A stretch of DNA of 36,054 bases. Origin: Paraphysomonas bandaiensis. Its lineage: Eukaryota; Protista; Chrysophyceae. Position 1 is the stretch's first letter. Each line of letters starts with the position of its first letter. The stretch spans positions 1-36,054 of the forward strand of contig CBFFRP010000353.1 of the NCBI GenBank assembly GCA_965644295.1, in the 5' to 3' direction. This document shows positions 23,601-35,142 of this stretch, one piece after another. The notes beneath the pieces are model-generated. The model had not been told where the DNA came from, made no database searches, and worked only from the letters and a program-made list of their open reading frames with translations. A program made the translations under genes and the position numbers.

Positions 23601-25052
23601 ACCCGCAACGTACATACCGGCCATACCAGATTCATCTTCCTGTATAGCACAGCAGGTATAAAAACGATTCAATCATATACATGGCCCCTTACATACCGCA
23701 TCAGGTCTTATCAAATCTGGAGCAAGGCTGAAGGGATTATGAAAAAGAGTAAACACGAGGGGGCGGGAGAGTACAACTTCGACATCAACCTTTAAAAATC
23801 CCAGCGGCTGTAGAGAATAATACACATAAACAGATAGGAAGAATTCCTACCAATTGTAAACCAACCTTCTCTGGTCTCACCAACCCATAACCGGCAGATT
23901 GTGGTACCCCTATTATGTAGGGTCTGTACTGCCCCCCTCTGTTTAAACGACTGGGACGACAATAGGGAAACATCTCAAACCATCCAGATAGTCTTGCCCG
24001 ATCTGCAGACATGTCGAACAAACTGATTCGGTCCACTATCCAGCTAAGAGGAATGCACACCTGGCCAATAGCGCGGTTTGATCGGACCGCATGCCTCTGA
24101 ATTTCAAGACAAAATCATAAACCACATGGATAACACTGGCAATTCGATCATACCTCTCTCAGCACCAGAAATATATCGCCTTGGAGAGATGTGATGTCTA
24201 GCACAGCTACGTGGTCGAATATTGGGTTGTGTGGGTTATTCACTGTCCCCGATCGGAAACTGCAAGGAAGCACAAAAAGAGTTCAAGCAAGCAGTTGACA
24301 ATAAAGGTACATTTAGTGGAAATGTTATTGTTACTCACCGCCGAGACCCCTGCTGATTGCTGTATACCTCAAGGTACACTGGATAAGAAGATTGCACATT
24401 CTTCCCTTGCCATGTGAGTACGCGTACATCTCCAAGCTTCGTCCGATTTGGTTCCAGCTTACCCTGCCCGGATACTGTAGGGAGGACAGATCGAGGACAA
24501 AGACGTAACGCAACCGTGGCGTTGTAGTGCCGCACATCGACGCCAGTACATTCCAAAGGAGACATCTCAAAATCGCAAACTTCCTCATAAACAGCTGTTA
24601 GAGGTACCAAAGCCACACAAAGCGTGACAGTTCCAATCTTGTCGAAATGAGCTTTCAGCTACAAAAAACACTAACGTTAATACTCAAAATAACAGCAAAT
24701 GGAACAATTAAACCTCTAGTTTAAGTTGACCATCCTTTGGTGATGAACATACATCTACAAACAAATGATTCTTCTTATGAATAGTCTAATAATACATACC
24801 TTTAAAAACAAACCATTTATTATGTCCAGAAAAATTATTTTCTAATGGAGTTACAATCTTTGTATTTTTTGTAATTCCAACATCACTACTTGGACCAAGA
24901 AATGATAGAGATATCCATGCTTTTAATGGTGATATATGAGAAGTAGATATACGAACAGAAACGACTTCTAGTTTCTCTGGTAAAGCGCTATTCAGAGTGA
25001 TGCTATTATCTATATCGCCATCCTCATTGGAACCAAAAAAACGTTTTAACAT
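20607..25052 (-). CDS. MCTP-like membrane protein: C2, PRT_C transmembrane region, PH-like domain, C-terminal C2; many introns, ends approximate
   Basis: C2-like NPIFDH…IGQVCIPLSW…GWFEM; hydrophobic hairpins and ASLLEQCNNLLLLSDPLLS (PRT_C-like); WVFACKTDNEAREWIQAIN (PH end); LTVVSARDLP…NPVFREDFLF (C2). Confidence 0.65.
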
Positions 25053-25509
25053 TGATATTATTGAATGATAATAAACACTTTTTGCATTGTATTACTACGA
25101 AACACTCTGGCTTTTATCTAGAAGATATCTATGGAATGTAATATCTGCTGAGATATATGTATATATATGTATGTATGGATCTTGGCTGTAGCATATGTGT
25201 CTGTCTGTATGTTTTTTCTGTAGGAATGTATCTTGAATACAACACATACATACATACATATGTAGCAGTAGGAATTCCTATATATATACGTACATGAATG
25301 TATACATACATATGATATCTATGTATTCCACTGCTGTATACTATATACTACAATATATCTCATATAAAACTAATTTTCAGTTTGTGTCTTTTGAAGATTA
25401 TAAAGTGTGTGGAAAAGACAAGGAGGGGGACTGCAGTGGAGAGATGAGTGTGTATGATAAGAGAGTTGGGTTTAATAATTATTATCATTGGATTTGAAAG
25501 GACGGGAAG

Positions 25510-26199
25510 ATGAGGCCTATTTACACATCGCAGACAATTGACATCCCTGAAGGAGGTTTGCGCATGTTTTATTATCTCTAGTTACATGATTTGATATTTA
25601 TTTGGTTAAACAGTGACTGTTGAGGTCAAGGCCAGACAGGTTGTTGTGACTGGACCTCTGGGCACATTGAGAAGGTCATTCAAGTTTATCGCCATGGACC
25701 TTAACAAGTCTGAGGATGGTAAATCCATCAAGCTTGACATCTGGTTTGGCAACCGTGAGGCTATTGCCTCAATTAGGTATGTGGTGTTCAGGTATAACGA
25801 TTGTATATAGTGTAAATGTACTGTTATTGCAGAACCATCTGCTCTCACATTGACAACATGATCACTGGTGTGACCAAGGGCTACAAGTACAAGATGCGCT
25901 TCTGCTATGCCCACTTTCCCATCAACGTGTCCAACACACAGGTCAATGGCAAGGAGGTTGTCGAAATTCGCAACTTCTTGGGCGAGAAGAAGGTCCGCCG
26001 TGTCGAGCTCCTTGAGGGTGTGCAGTACGTCAGAACTGCTGATGTGAAAGATCAGATCGAAATCTCTGGTATTGATATTGCCAAGGTATCTCTTTCTTGC
26101 GCACAGATTCAGCAGTCTACTACCGTCAAGAACAAGGATATCCGTAAGTTCCTTGATGGTATCTACGTGTCGCAGAAGGGAGCAATGATTGAGGAATAG
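25510..26199 (+). CDS. RPL9: 60S ribosomal protein L9 (uL6)
   Basis: [15 protein letters not shown]…[12 protein letters not shown]…[16 protein letters not shown]…[15 protein letters not shown]; two introns. Confidence 0.97.
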
Positions 26200-26509
26200 G
26201 CTAATTGTATGCATATGGGCGTCTTTTCCAATCGTTCGTAATAATAAATCCATTTAGAAAACTATTATTTTCTGGTGCATTTGGTATATGCTGCAGATTT
26301 GTCCAATCTATATGATTATTATGTGTATATATACCATATTCATGAGCATAATTATGCAATAGTAGTGAGCAGTATTTTCTAGAATTCTACCTGACGCGAC
26401 AGCGAATGTTAGATCCAGTATTCTCGTACACGGAGTTTAGCTTGCAGTCAAACCATTAATACTTAAACAAAACATAGTACAACACGCTTTCGGTTTTATA
26501 ATGACGGTT

Positions 26510-28330
26510 GAATGCTGTGTAACGTGTTTTAAATGAAGTTTTAAGCAATGTATTGTATGAGCTGGAATAGAGTGAGAGTAAAAAATTGTGACTTCCTAAA
26601 AATATTATTTGGCAGAAGTGCAGATTACCAAGTTGCAATGAACAATTACAAAATTGAATAGTGATGTATTTTGCAGTTTGGTTATCTTTTCGAATGCTGT
26701 GTAACGTGTTTTAAATGAAGTTTTAAGCAATGTATTGTATGAGCTGGAATAGAGTGAGAGTAAAAAATTGTGACTTCCTAAAAATATTATTTGGCAGAAG
26801 TGCAGATTACCAAGTTGCAATGAACAATCATTACAAAATTGAATAGTGATGTATTTTGCAGTTTGGTTATCTTTTCGAATGCTGTGTAACGTGTTTTAAA
26901 TGAAGTTTTAAGCAATGTATTGTATGAGCTGGAATAGAGTGAGAGTAAAAAATTGTGACTTCCTAAAAATATTATTTGGCAGAAGTGCAGATTACCAAGT
27001 TGCAATGAACAATTACAAAATTGAATAGTGATGTATTTTGCAGTTTGGTTATCTTTCCGAATGCTGTGTAACGTGTTTTAAATGAAGTTTTAAGCAATGT
27101 ATTGTATGAGCTGGAATAGAGTGAGAGTAAAAAATTGTGACTTCCTAAAAATATTATTTGGCAGAAGTGCAGATTACCAAGTTGCAATGAACAATCATTA
27201 CAAAATTGAATAGTGATGTATTTTGCAGTTTGGTTATCTTTTCGAATGCTGTGTAACGTGTTTTAAATGAAGTTTTAAGCAATGTATTGTATGAGCTGGA
27301 ATAGAGTGAGAGTAAAAAATTGTGACTTCCTAAAAATATTATTTGGCAGAAGTGCAGATTACCAAGTTGCAATGAACAATTACAAAATTGAATAGTGATG
27401 TATTTTGCAGTTTGGTTATCTTTTCGAATGCTGTGTAACGTGTTTTAAATGAAGTTTTAAGCAATGTATTGTATGAGCTGGAATAGAGTGAGAGTAAAAA
27501 ATTGTGACTTCCTAAAAATATTATTTGGCAGAAGTGCAGATTACCAAGTTGCAATGAACAATCATTACAAAATTGAATAGTGATGTATTTTGCAGTTTGG
27601 TTATCTTTTCGAATGCTGTGTAACGTGTTTTAAATGAAGTTTTAAGCAATGTATTGTATGAGCTGGAATAGAGTGAGAGTAAAAAATTGTGACTTCCTAA
27701 AAATATTATTTGGCAGAAGTGCAGATTACCAAGTTGCAATGAACAATTACAAAATTGAATAGTGATGTATTTTGCAGTTTGGTTATCTTTCCGAATGCTG
27801 TGTAACGTGTTTTAAATGAAGTTTTAAGCAATGTATTGTATGAGCTGGAATAGAGTGAGAGTAAAAAATTGTGACTTCCTAAAAATATTATTTGGCAGAA
27901 GTGCAGATTACCAAGTTGCAATGAACAATTACAAAATTGAATAGTGATGTATTTTGCAGTTTGGTTATCTTTTCGAATGCTGTGTAACGTGTTTTAAATG
28001 AAGTTTTAAGCAATGTATTGTATGAGCTGGAATAGAGTGAGAGTAAAAAATTGTGACTTCATTATTTGGCAGAAGTGCAGATTACCAAGTTGCAATGAAC
28101 AATTACAAAATTGAATAGTGATGTATTTTGCAGTTTGGTTATCTTTCCGAATGCTGTGTAACGTGTTTTAAATGAAGTTTTAAGCAATGTATTGTATGAG
28201 CTGGAATAGAGTGAGAGTAAAAAATTGTGACTTCCTAAAAATATTATTTGGCAGAAGTGCAGATTACCAAGTTGCAATGAACAATTACAAAATTGAATAG
28301 TGATATATTTTGCAGTTTGGTTATCTTTCC
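26510..28330. repeat. Tandem array of 10 units of 182/185 bp (one 174 bp), AT-rich satellite-like
   Basis: Units start at 26510, 26692, 26877, 27059, 27244, 27426, 27611, 27793, 27975 and 28149; they differ only by a 3-bp indel, a T/C site, one 8-bp deletion and one G>A. Confidence 0.97.
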
Positions 28331-29031
28331 TAAAATTGGTTAGACATGTCAAACAATCACAAGTTATGCGTCATGCTAAACATATTATATACTTTTCATT
28401 ATCATGCTTTCTAATTAAGTACTCTAAAAATGCAAACCCTGTTCCTTCTCTCTCTTCTGGGTATTTTACAAATGCGGGCTGGATTACCGAAATGTTCTTT
28501 CTACACTCTATCCACATGTCTTTCAGTATACTTTTACGAATGGTAGAATCTACAGGTCCATCCAATCCGAACCTTTTGACTAAGATCTCAGGTTTCATGA
28601 GAGTGATAACAGAGGCTGCCATCACTGGGAGTTGACATCTGTCCGCATCAACTTGCGTCAATTGGTATATTGTCTGCACCATTCATATATTCCCACACTT
28701 GTTTGCCACAAAATTGAAAGTAAGTTAAATTTTTCCCTGTGCTAACATTCTTTGCTCTCTTCCTTGTGCAACAGTGGTTGTTCCATCCCCCAATGAGAAC
28801 CCCGCAGAATGTTGTTCCTTTGCTAAGACTGCTCTGAAGCACCTACGTTGGAGAACACAAGTTCCTAAAAGCGTCCTTGAAGATATTCTACTAAACAACT
28901 CAACTAATTCTCGATGTAACCGTTCACTGCTGCGGTCGATCGGTGCCTGTGAACGAGGCTTTGAGCGAATACCATACCAATGTCGTGAATCATTCTATAC
29001 ATAGCAATTCAATATCGATATTGTATCCAAA
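28331..29031 (-). pseudogene. Decayed coding-like sequence running into the array; possible PD-(D/E)xK nuclease-like remnant
   Basis: Overlapping short ORFs (28648-28842, 28371-28682, 28062-28352) with stops and frameshifts; motif resemblance only. Confidence 0.3.
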
Positions 29032-29120
29032 CTAAAGTTTCAAAGGTAACAATCCAACACATGATACATATCATATACAGCAGTGTCGAATTATACAGCA
29101 GTATTGGTACTATCGCAGTC

Positions 29121-29207
29121 CATTCCTCACAGATTCCATGATGCGTTCAGTGAATGCATTATCATTCCCCACAGAATCCATGACGCTTTCAGTGACTGTC
29201 ATTGTCA
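29121..29207 (+). repeat. Degenerate 42-bp tandem duplication
   Basis: CATTCCTCACAGATTCCATGATGCGTTCAGTGA… at 29121 vs CATTCCCCACAGAATCCATGACGCTTTCAGTGA… at 29163. Confidence 0.7.
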
Positions 29208-29976
29208 TTTCAGTGTCTGATAAGTCGTATGGCATGATTTACTTTGACCAAATGACGTTTCCTGTTCATATCAGTGGTTATATTCATCCACTCCTGTAGA
29301 CGATATCTGATAGGTCGTTCGTAGCATTGTTTCTATCAGAAAATTAAAAAAAAAACATATCTTGAACAGGCATACACAAATTCAAATTCCAAGTCTGTTG
29401 TTTTCTACTGATAGCCTAATCATGAATACTGCTGTGTAATGGGGAATAATATCAAGTAAGTTGATTGCTGCCTTATATGGTTGTACTGAGCCGAATATTA
29501 CAACTTCGTACGGCTGGAATACATATATTTTCAGGCATTTTTGAACAAAAACATAAAATCCAGGGATTTAGTCGAAAAATATTGTAGTAATGTTGGATTT
29601 TATGACACAGTAAATACAGCAGTACGTCGTACGATTCGTTCGTACACATGCACCCTCAATTAAAAAATATGTACAGCAGTATGTTATATATAAGGATATT
29701 TGGGAAAATAATGAGAATATCTGTATTTTTCATATTATTGCTCAGTTTTTCCCTAAAAAATAAGCATATGAAACCAAAAAAACATAATATAAACATCTGG
29801 TTTTTAAAGCCCCCCCATTTGATCTAAATCTAAACCATATAACAATATCATGACCACACTTGTATATATTCTATAGTACTACTAAGAGTATGTTATGGAT
29901 TGTATGGTATTGATTCATGTAATAGAATACATATAGAAGCATTCATATATTAAGAAGTTGATTAAATCTTTTAAAT

Positions 29977-32900
29977 ATGATGAGAAATGCTTCAAGTGAA
30001 GACTGTGTGGACTATGAAGAACTACATGTACCATCAGATACCATAATACCCCATACAGATGATGAGATGAATGCTCATAGTACATTAAATTTGAAATTTA
30101 GATCACAAAATGTTTGGAAAAGTGTTAAATTGGGAGCTGGAACTGTGAAATCTAGAACTAAAGCAGCTGCTGGGAAGGCTAGAGAAGTGGCTCAGGCTCA
30201 AATGAGTGTATTTGGGGCAGCACCATCATTAGCAGTCATGAAAAATTTGAATCAACAAACTCATGGTTCAAAAACAATGTTTCAAGGAGCTGAATTTTGG
30301 TACCGCTTTAGACAGTACTACTTCTATGTATTTCCTCTGATGTTTGTTGTTGCCTTAATACTAGCCACTACTGCATGGAATACTGAGAGAGGTCACGTTT
30401 GTCTTGGTGCTTTGTTGTCTTTTGTATCATGTGTCGCTGTATGCGCTTCTTATATCATGATTCTTCCTTGGAGGAGACATCCAAGTACAATTGTATTCTA
30501 TCGGGCGGCTACCAATATACTGTTTTCGTTTATCGTCATATGCATGGCTGTGTACTATGAAGCGAATCCCACAATAGATTGCAATAGTTATTCTGTCTCG
30601 GTTGAATTTGCGCTGATTGCAGGAGAGTGCTGGTTGACAACAATTGCCCTTGACCTTGTCTTCTCTCTGACCAATCCCTTTACTAGCTACAAGGGTAATA
30701 TGCGACGATACCACTCCATGACGTGGTGCTTTGCACTCCTCATATCATTCGTGCTTTATAATCAACCCAGTTGCCAGGGACGATTTGAGGGTGGTGTCTG
30801 CTGGGTAAGTGGTTCGGGATGTCTTATGGGTTACTACGTGTTCTGGATTATACTCATGTACTGTTTTCAATTTGGCGCTGTAATATTTGCACACCTTCGA
30901 CTTCGTAAAGGTCTTCCCGCTACTTTCGAAATTCGACTCAAGATTGCCATAGAAACTTTTAAACTACTAGCATTGTACTGTGTCTATCTGGTAATTGTCT
31001 GTATCTTCTTCATAGTCCTCTCTTCTGAGCCAGATAATCCAGAAAACCCAAAGAGCTGGAGTAACTTCAGAAATGTTTTCAACTTTATCGTATCATGCAG
31101 GGGATTTGTGGATGGAGTGGTGTGGTTCATGCAGCACGAGTTTGCTGTAGATGAGAAAGTTGTTGTCGTGGAGTCGGCTTCGGGAGATGAAGCGGAAGAG
31201 GATCGACAAGTCCGCGTGAAAGGAACTGAAAGCTCGGATGATTCGGAGCGCCGGGACGATGTGGATCTTGAGTCAGGAGGTCTTCGGAGACGACAACCTG
31301 CCAGAAGGAGGTCAAGCTCTGATAGTACTTCTATGCGGAGACCCACCATGACACTACTCGCGGATAACATCGCTGATGCCATCAAGGATTTGGCGGAGAT
31401 TACAGCGTACGAGTTCGACGAGGCAGATCTTAGTCCTCAGGTGAATCTCGCATTACGACAACAGATTGTGAAGTACGTAACGATGGGGGTTACTCGAGCA
31501 GCAGAAGAGGGAATGAAGAACAAACGGATAGTTCCAACGGATCCTTGGGGCAAGGCGATGAAAGCGTGCATGGAAGCTTATCGAGAGTACTTTTCGCCAC
31601 ACGACCCTATGAAGGAGCAGTTGCAAGTGACGGAATTCCTTCTGGATGGGGAGCACCCGTTCCAAGCCTTTGCGCAAGACTATTTTGAAGAGATTCGACG
31701 ATTTGAAGGGATTGATGAAGGTGCCTATCTGGAAGCCTTACAACACACAGAAAAAGAGCAGCTTAGTGAAGGCGCAAGTGGTGCATTCATGTTTTTCTGT
31801 GGAGGCGGGGATTATATTGTCAAGACCATACGGGCACATGAGGCTAACGTACTGCATCGCTCATTGCCTATGTACAAAGATTACTTAAAAGAAAATCCTT
31901 CATCACTTTTGGTGCGATTTTTGGGAAGCTATAGTTTGAAGGTCTACGCGCAAACATTTAGCTTTGTCGTAATGCGGAATATATTTGAGCCCGGTGTGTA
32001 AACTTATCTTCTTTTTATCTGTGTTGATTGTTGTTTGATGATAGGAGTGGATATCAATGAAAGATATGATATTAAAGGGAGCTGGGTGAACCGTAGCGCC
32101 GCTGCTCCTATGCCAAATAAACGCATAGTGTGTAGACATTGCAACGAGATGTTTTTACCTTCTGCTCGAGCTCAGTGCACTAAGATCGTTGGTACACATG
32201 AGGCTAACGTTGTACTCAAGGATAATGACCTTCGCACAAAGATAAGTCTTCGACAAGAAGATGCTAGGGCTGTACTAGAAATAATCAAGAAGGATAGCAA
32301 TCTTCTCGCAGATATGGGAGTGCTGGACTACAGGTGCTACAGTCTTTTTTGGTCGCATTGATGTAATATCCGATATGATATAATAGTTTGATCGTGGGCG
32401 TTAAGAAGCGCAATTTTGAAATCGGGCAGGAGGAGCAGCGACCGGTTCGGCCCAAGTCACGGGGCAAGGGGAAAAAAGGTGTTGAGAACAATAAGCGGTA
32501 CGCCTCGTTCAATGCGAAGTCGGTGTCAGGCCCTGCCATATACTATATGGGTATTGTGGACTATCTACAGGACTGGTCTAACAAGAAAAAGATTGAACGG
32601 GCTGCGAAGATATATCTGACTCGTCACGATCCTGCAGGAGTGTCTGTGATGGAACCACTTCCTTACAGGGACAGGTTTCAGGACAAGATGGATCATATAT
32701 TCGACATGTCTCCAGGAGGTGACTCGGATGGGGAGACTCATCGCGTGTCCCTTCGACGCAGCAGTAACAGCATGAATACTCGTATCGACCACCATCACAG
32801 AATGCATCCTATAACTGGTTCTCCACCATCCTCGCCCACTGCAGGAGGAAAAGTAACGACCTATACTACGGTCGACGATAACAGTAGCGGAGTAGTTAAT

Positions 32901-32993
32901 GTTCTGCACCAGGGAAAGTCTATCACTTTGAAAGGGACGGTACTATCTACTGAACCTGGCCAAAGTGATGATGACGACTATGCGAAGCTTTGA
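29977..32993 (+). CDS. GPCR-PIPK: serpentine receptor fused to a phosphatidylinositol phosphate kinase, ~970 aa
   Basis: Multi-TM N-terminal region (LTNPFTSY, GVCWV, RGFVDGVVW); linker LR(x)9GV; PIPK motifs SEGASGAFMFF, YIVKT, SLLVRFLG, VVMRNIF, YDIKGS, LKDND, LDYSLIVGV, GIVDYLQ; introns 31994-32044 and 32334-32386. Confidence 0.92.
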
Positions 32994-33770
32994 TTTCATG
33001 TACATTAGGCAAATATACTTTTCATCGTTTATTTGAGGTGGAAAGAATACTAGATGGTTAGGGGGTTTGTAACCAGATAATATACATAATATTATATATT
33101 GTATATCATTTCATGATGTGTTCCCATGTTCCCTGTGTATTTTAAGGTTTTTGGATTGTAACCCTTACTTGAATTATGCAGAAGTTAGAGACAGTATTAT
33201 AAGAATTTAATGATATACTATGAGATATGAGATAGTTAGACATTAGACATATGTTGGCTATATATATTTTTTGCAGATGTTCCTACTGTAGAGTAGAATC
33301 GAATAAAATTCTTATGTTAGTAGGAATGTCTGAAAATTAAGAAGTCGATAAATATAATTCAGGGTTATTATCAAACTATATATTTAGAGAATCGATGCAC
33401 GAATTATTGCTTCAAGGAGGGTAAATAGCGTTAGCGTTGATCTATAAACGGATGGTGAAAATTGAAAATGTTCACATATAAATCTTCCATCATAATACGC
33501 TTATTCAGGCATTACGGTGCAAGCCTAAGCCATATCAATTAAGCTCTCTTCCGTTAATACTACAGTGAACATTCAACGCTGTTCATGTCCTTCAATAATA
33601 ATATATTCTGCAACGATTACACGATATCGCACTTTAATCTCTATTGAAGTGTCTTGCATAATACAAAGGGACGACTTTCTTACTGCATACTATGCAACAG
33701 CTACTTCACAAACTGAAAGCAGGAACTGCCACATAAGCACATAAGGAAATATACCTCCTAAAGTCGGTGC

Positions 33771-35099
33771 CTAATCATATGAAGACAAATAGTTAACCCA
33801 CTCGTTAAGACACGTAACCCAAGACTCCGCCTCGGTGCCGTCCCTTGCCATCAACTGAAAGGTCCTCTTCCCCATATGTATTCGGATCTCCTTTTCGTTT
33901 GCAAGTTCGATACCACTAGAGTCTGGTAGAACTTCCGCAATTAGAATAGTGCCCTTCGGAAGGTGACCATTTAAGTAATCTTCACGCTGTCAAGTCAACA
34001 AGACAAGTTACACCACGTTGCCGATGAAATTGTTACATACCGATAAATAATAATTCACCTCACCCGGGTCCTGTATAACAAAGTATCGCTTCTGCCATCC
34101 CGTCAGCAGCGCAGGACTCTTCTTCATAAGGAATCCTTCCATACCATTCGGAGGATTGCGGAGACTAGATTTTCGCAAATAAGACAGCTGCATGTCACCC
34201 ATTGATCCCCCAGAGGCTGTGGAGGCAGTATCATCATCCATCCCTGGGCTACCACTTTCGGAAGCCTCTCGCATAGGGTTGTTGACGTCATCGTCACCCT
34301 CAAGATGAATGGCCATAGCACCAGCCTTACTGACACGCTTTAACTGGTCTACCCAACGCTTACGATCACCTATAAAACAAAACATTATTTTGAGTCAATC
34401 ACTTGTACTAGAGATAATACCAGCAGTTTCGCAGAGAAAGCTGTACTTTTTTAGACCCTTTCTGCCTTGAGCAACTATTTCGAAGCAGTATTTCTTGTCC
34501 TTGCTGGAGAATTCCCTCACTTTCGATCCTTGAACAGCTACGTAGCGAGTGAGATGCATAAATATATTCTTGAATTTCTTACGAATGGTGCCTTTTGGTA
34601 AGCTATCCCCACAATTCTCGTAATAATCCAAATTTGTACCAGCCAAGACGCACCATCTTTCCTGCCAAGTATTTTTGGATATTCCGCCTTTCTTATGCAA
34701 CGAACCATACAGAGAACCACTTCTTTCTATTCCGGCTAAAATTTCAGTTAATCTATTCAGCCATTGCTCTTTGCGGTTGTTGGTTTTAGCATAGAACTGT
34801 CTTGTGCCACACTTAGGATGATTTATAGTAAAGTGATATTGCTTTTTTTTATTCAAGGTATCATTTGATTTACAACTTGCTCCCACAAGAACAATCTCAC
34901 CTTTCAATTTAGTACGAGATGCATCGGAAAAATATTTTAATGTATAATCCGTTAAGACAAAGTATCGTTTTGACCAGTTTCCTCGACTCTTTCCTTGTTT
35001 ATAGAGCCATCCGGCCCCTCTCTCCCCTTTCCTTGCCTCATCAGTGATAGTCCATTCATCAGGTGGATCAAGACACGAACAACAGTCAAAACAGCACAT
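33771..35099 (-). CDS. Protein with three PH domains and an N-terminal Cys cluster
   Basis: GWLYKQG…NWSKRYFVL, GSLHKKG…TWQERWCVL and EGFLMKKS…GWQKRYFVI, each ending in a Trp-containing helix; three short introns; stop TAG 33771-33773. Confidence 0.88.
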
Positions 35100-35107
35100 A
35101 GATCTAC

Positions 35108-35108
35108 G

Positions 35109-35139
<31 letters not shown>

Positions 35140-35142
35140 GTG
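35108..35142. repeat. (TA)n/(TATG)n microsatellite upstream of the PH gene
   Basis: GTATATATA…TATGTATGTATG run; similar tracts near 25155-25315 and 35285-35337. Confidence 0.8.

Noticed and set aside
25606-26253. 215-aa ORF antisense to RPL9
   Set aside because: Shadow frame caused by strong codon bias of a ribosomal protein gene
26456-28352. Repeated 60-96-aa ORFs, or a CRISPR-like array
   Set aside because: The ORFs are translations of the tandem unit with TTG starts; the units have no unique spacers
28600-28640. STPSDGSLCYHS as an OTU protease motif
   Set aside because: Cys position does not fit DGxC and the frame is closed by stops on both sides
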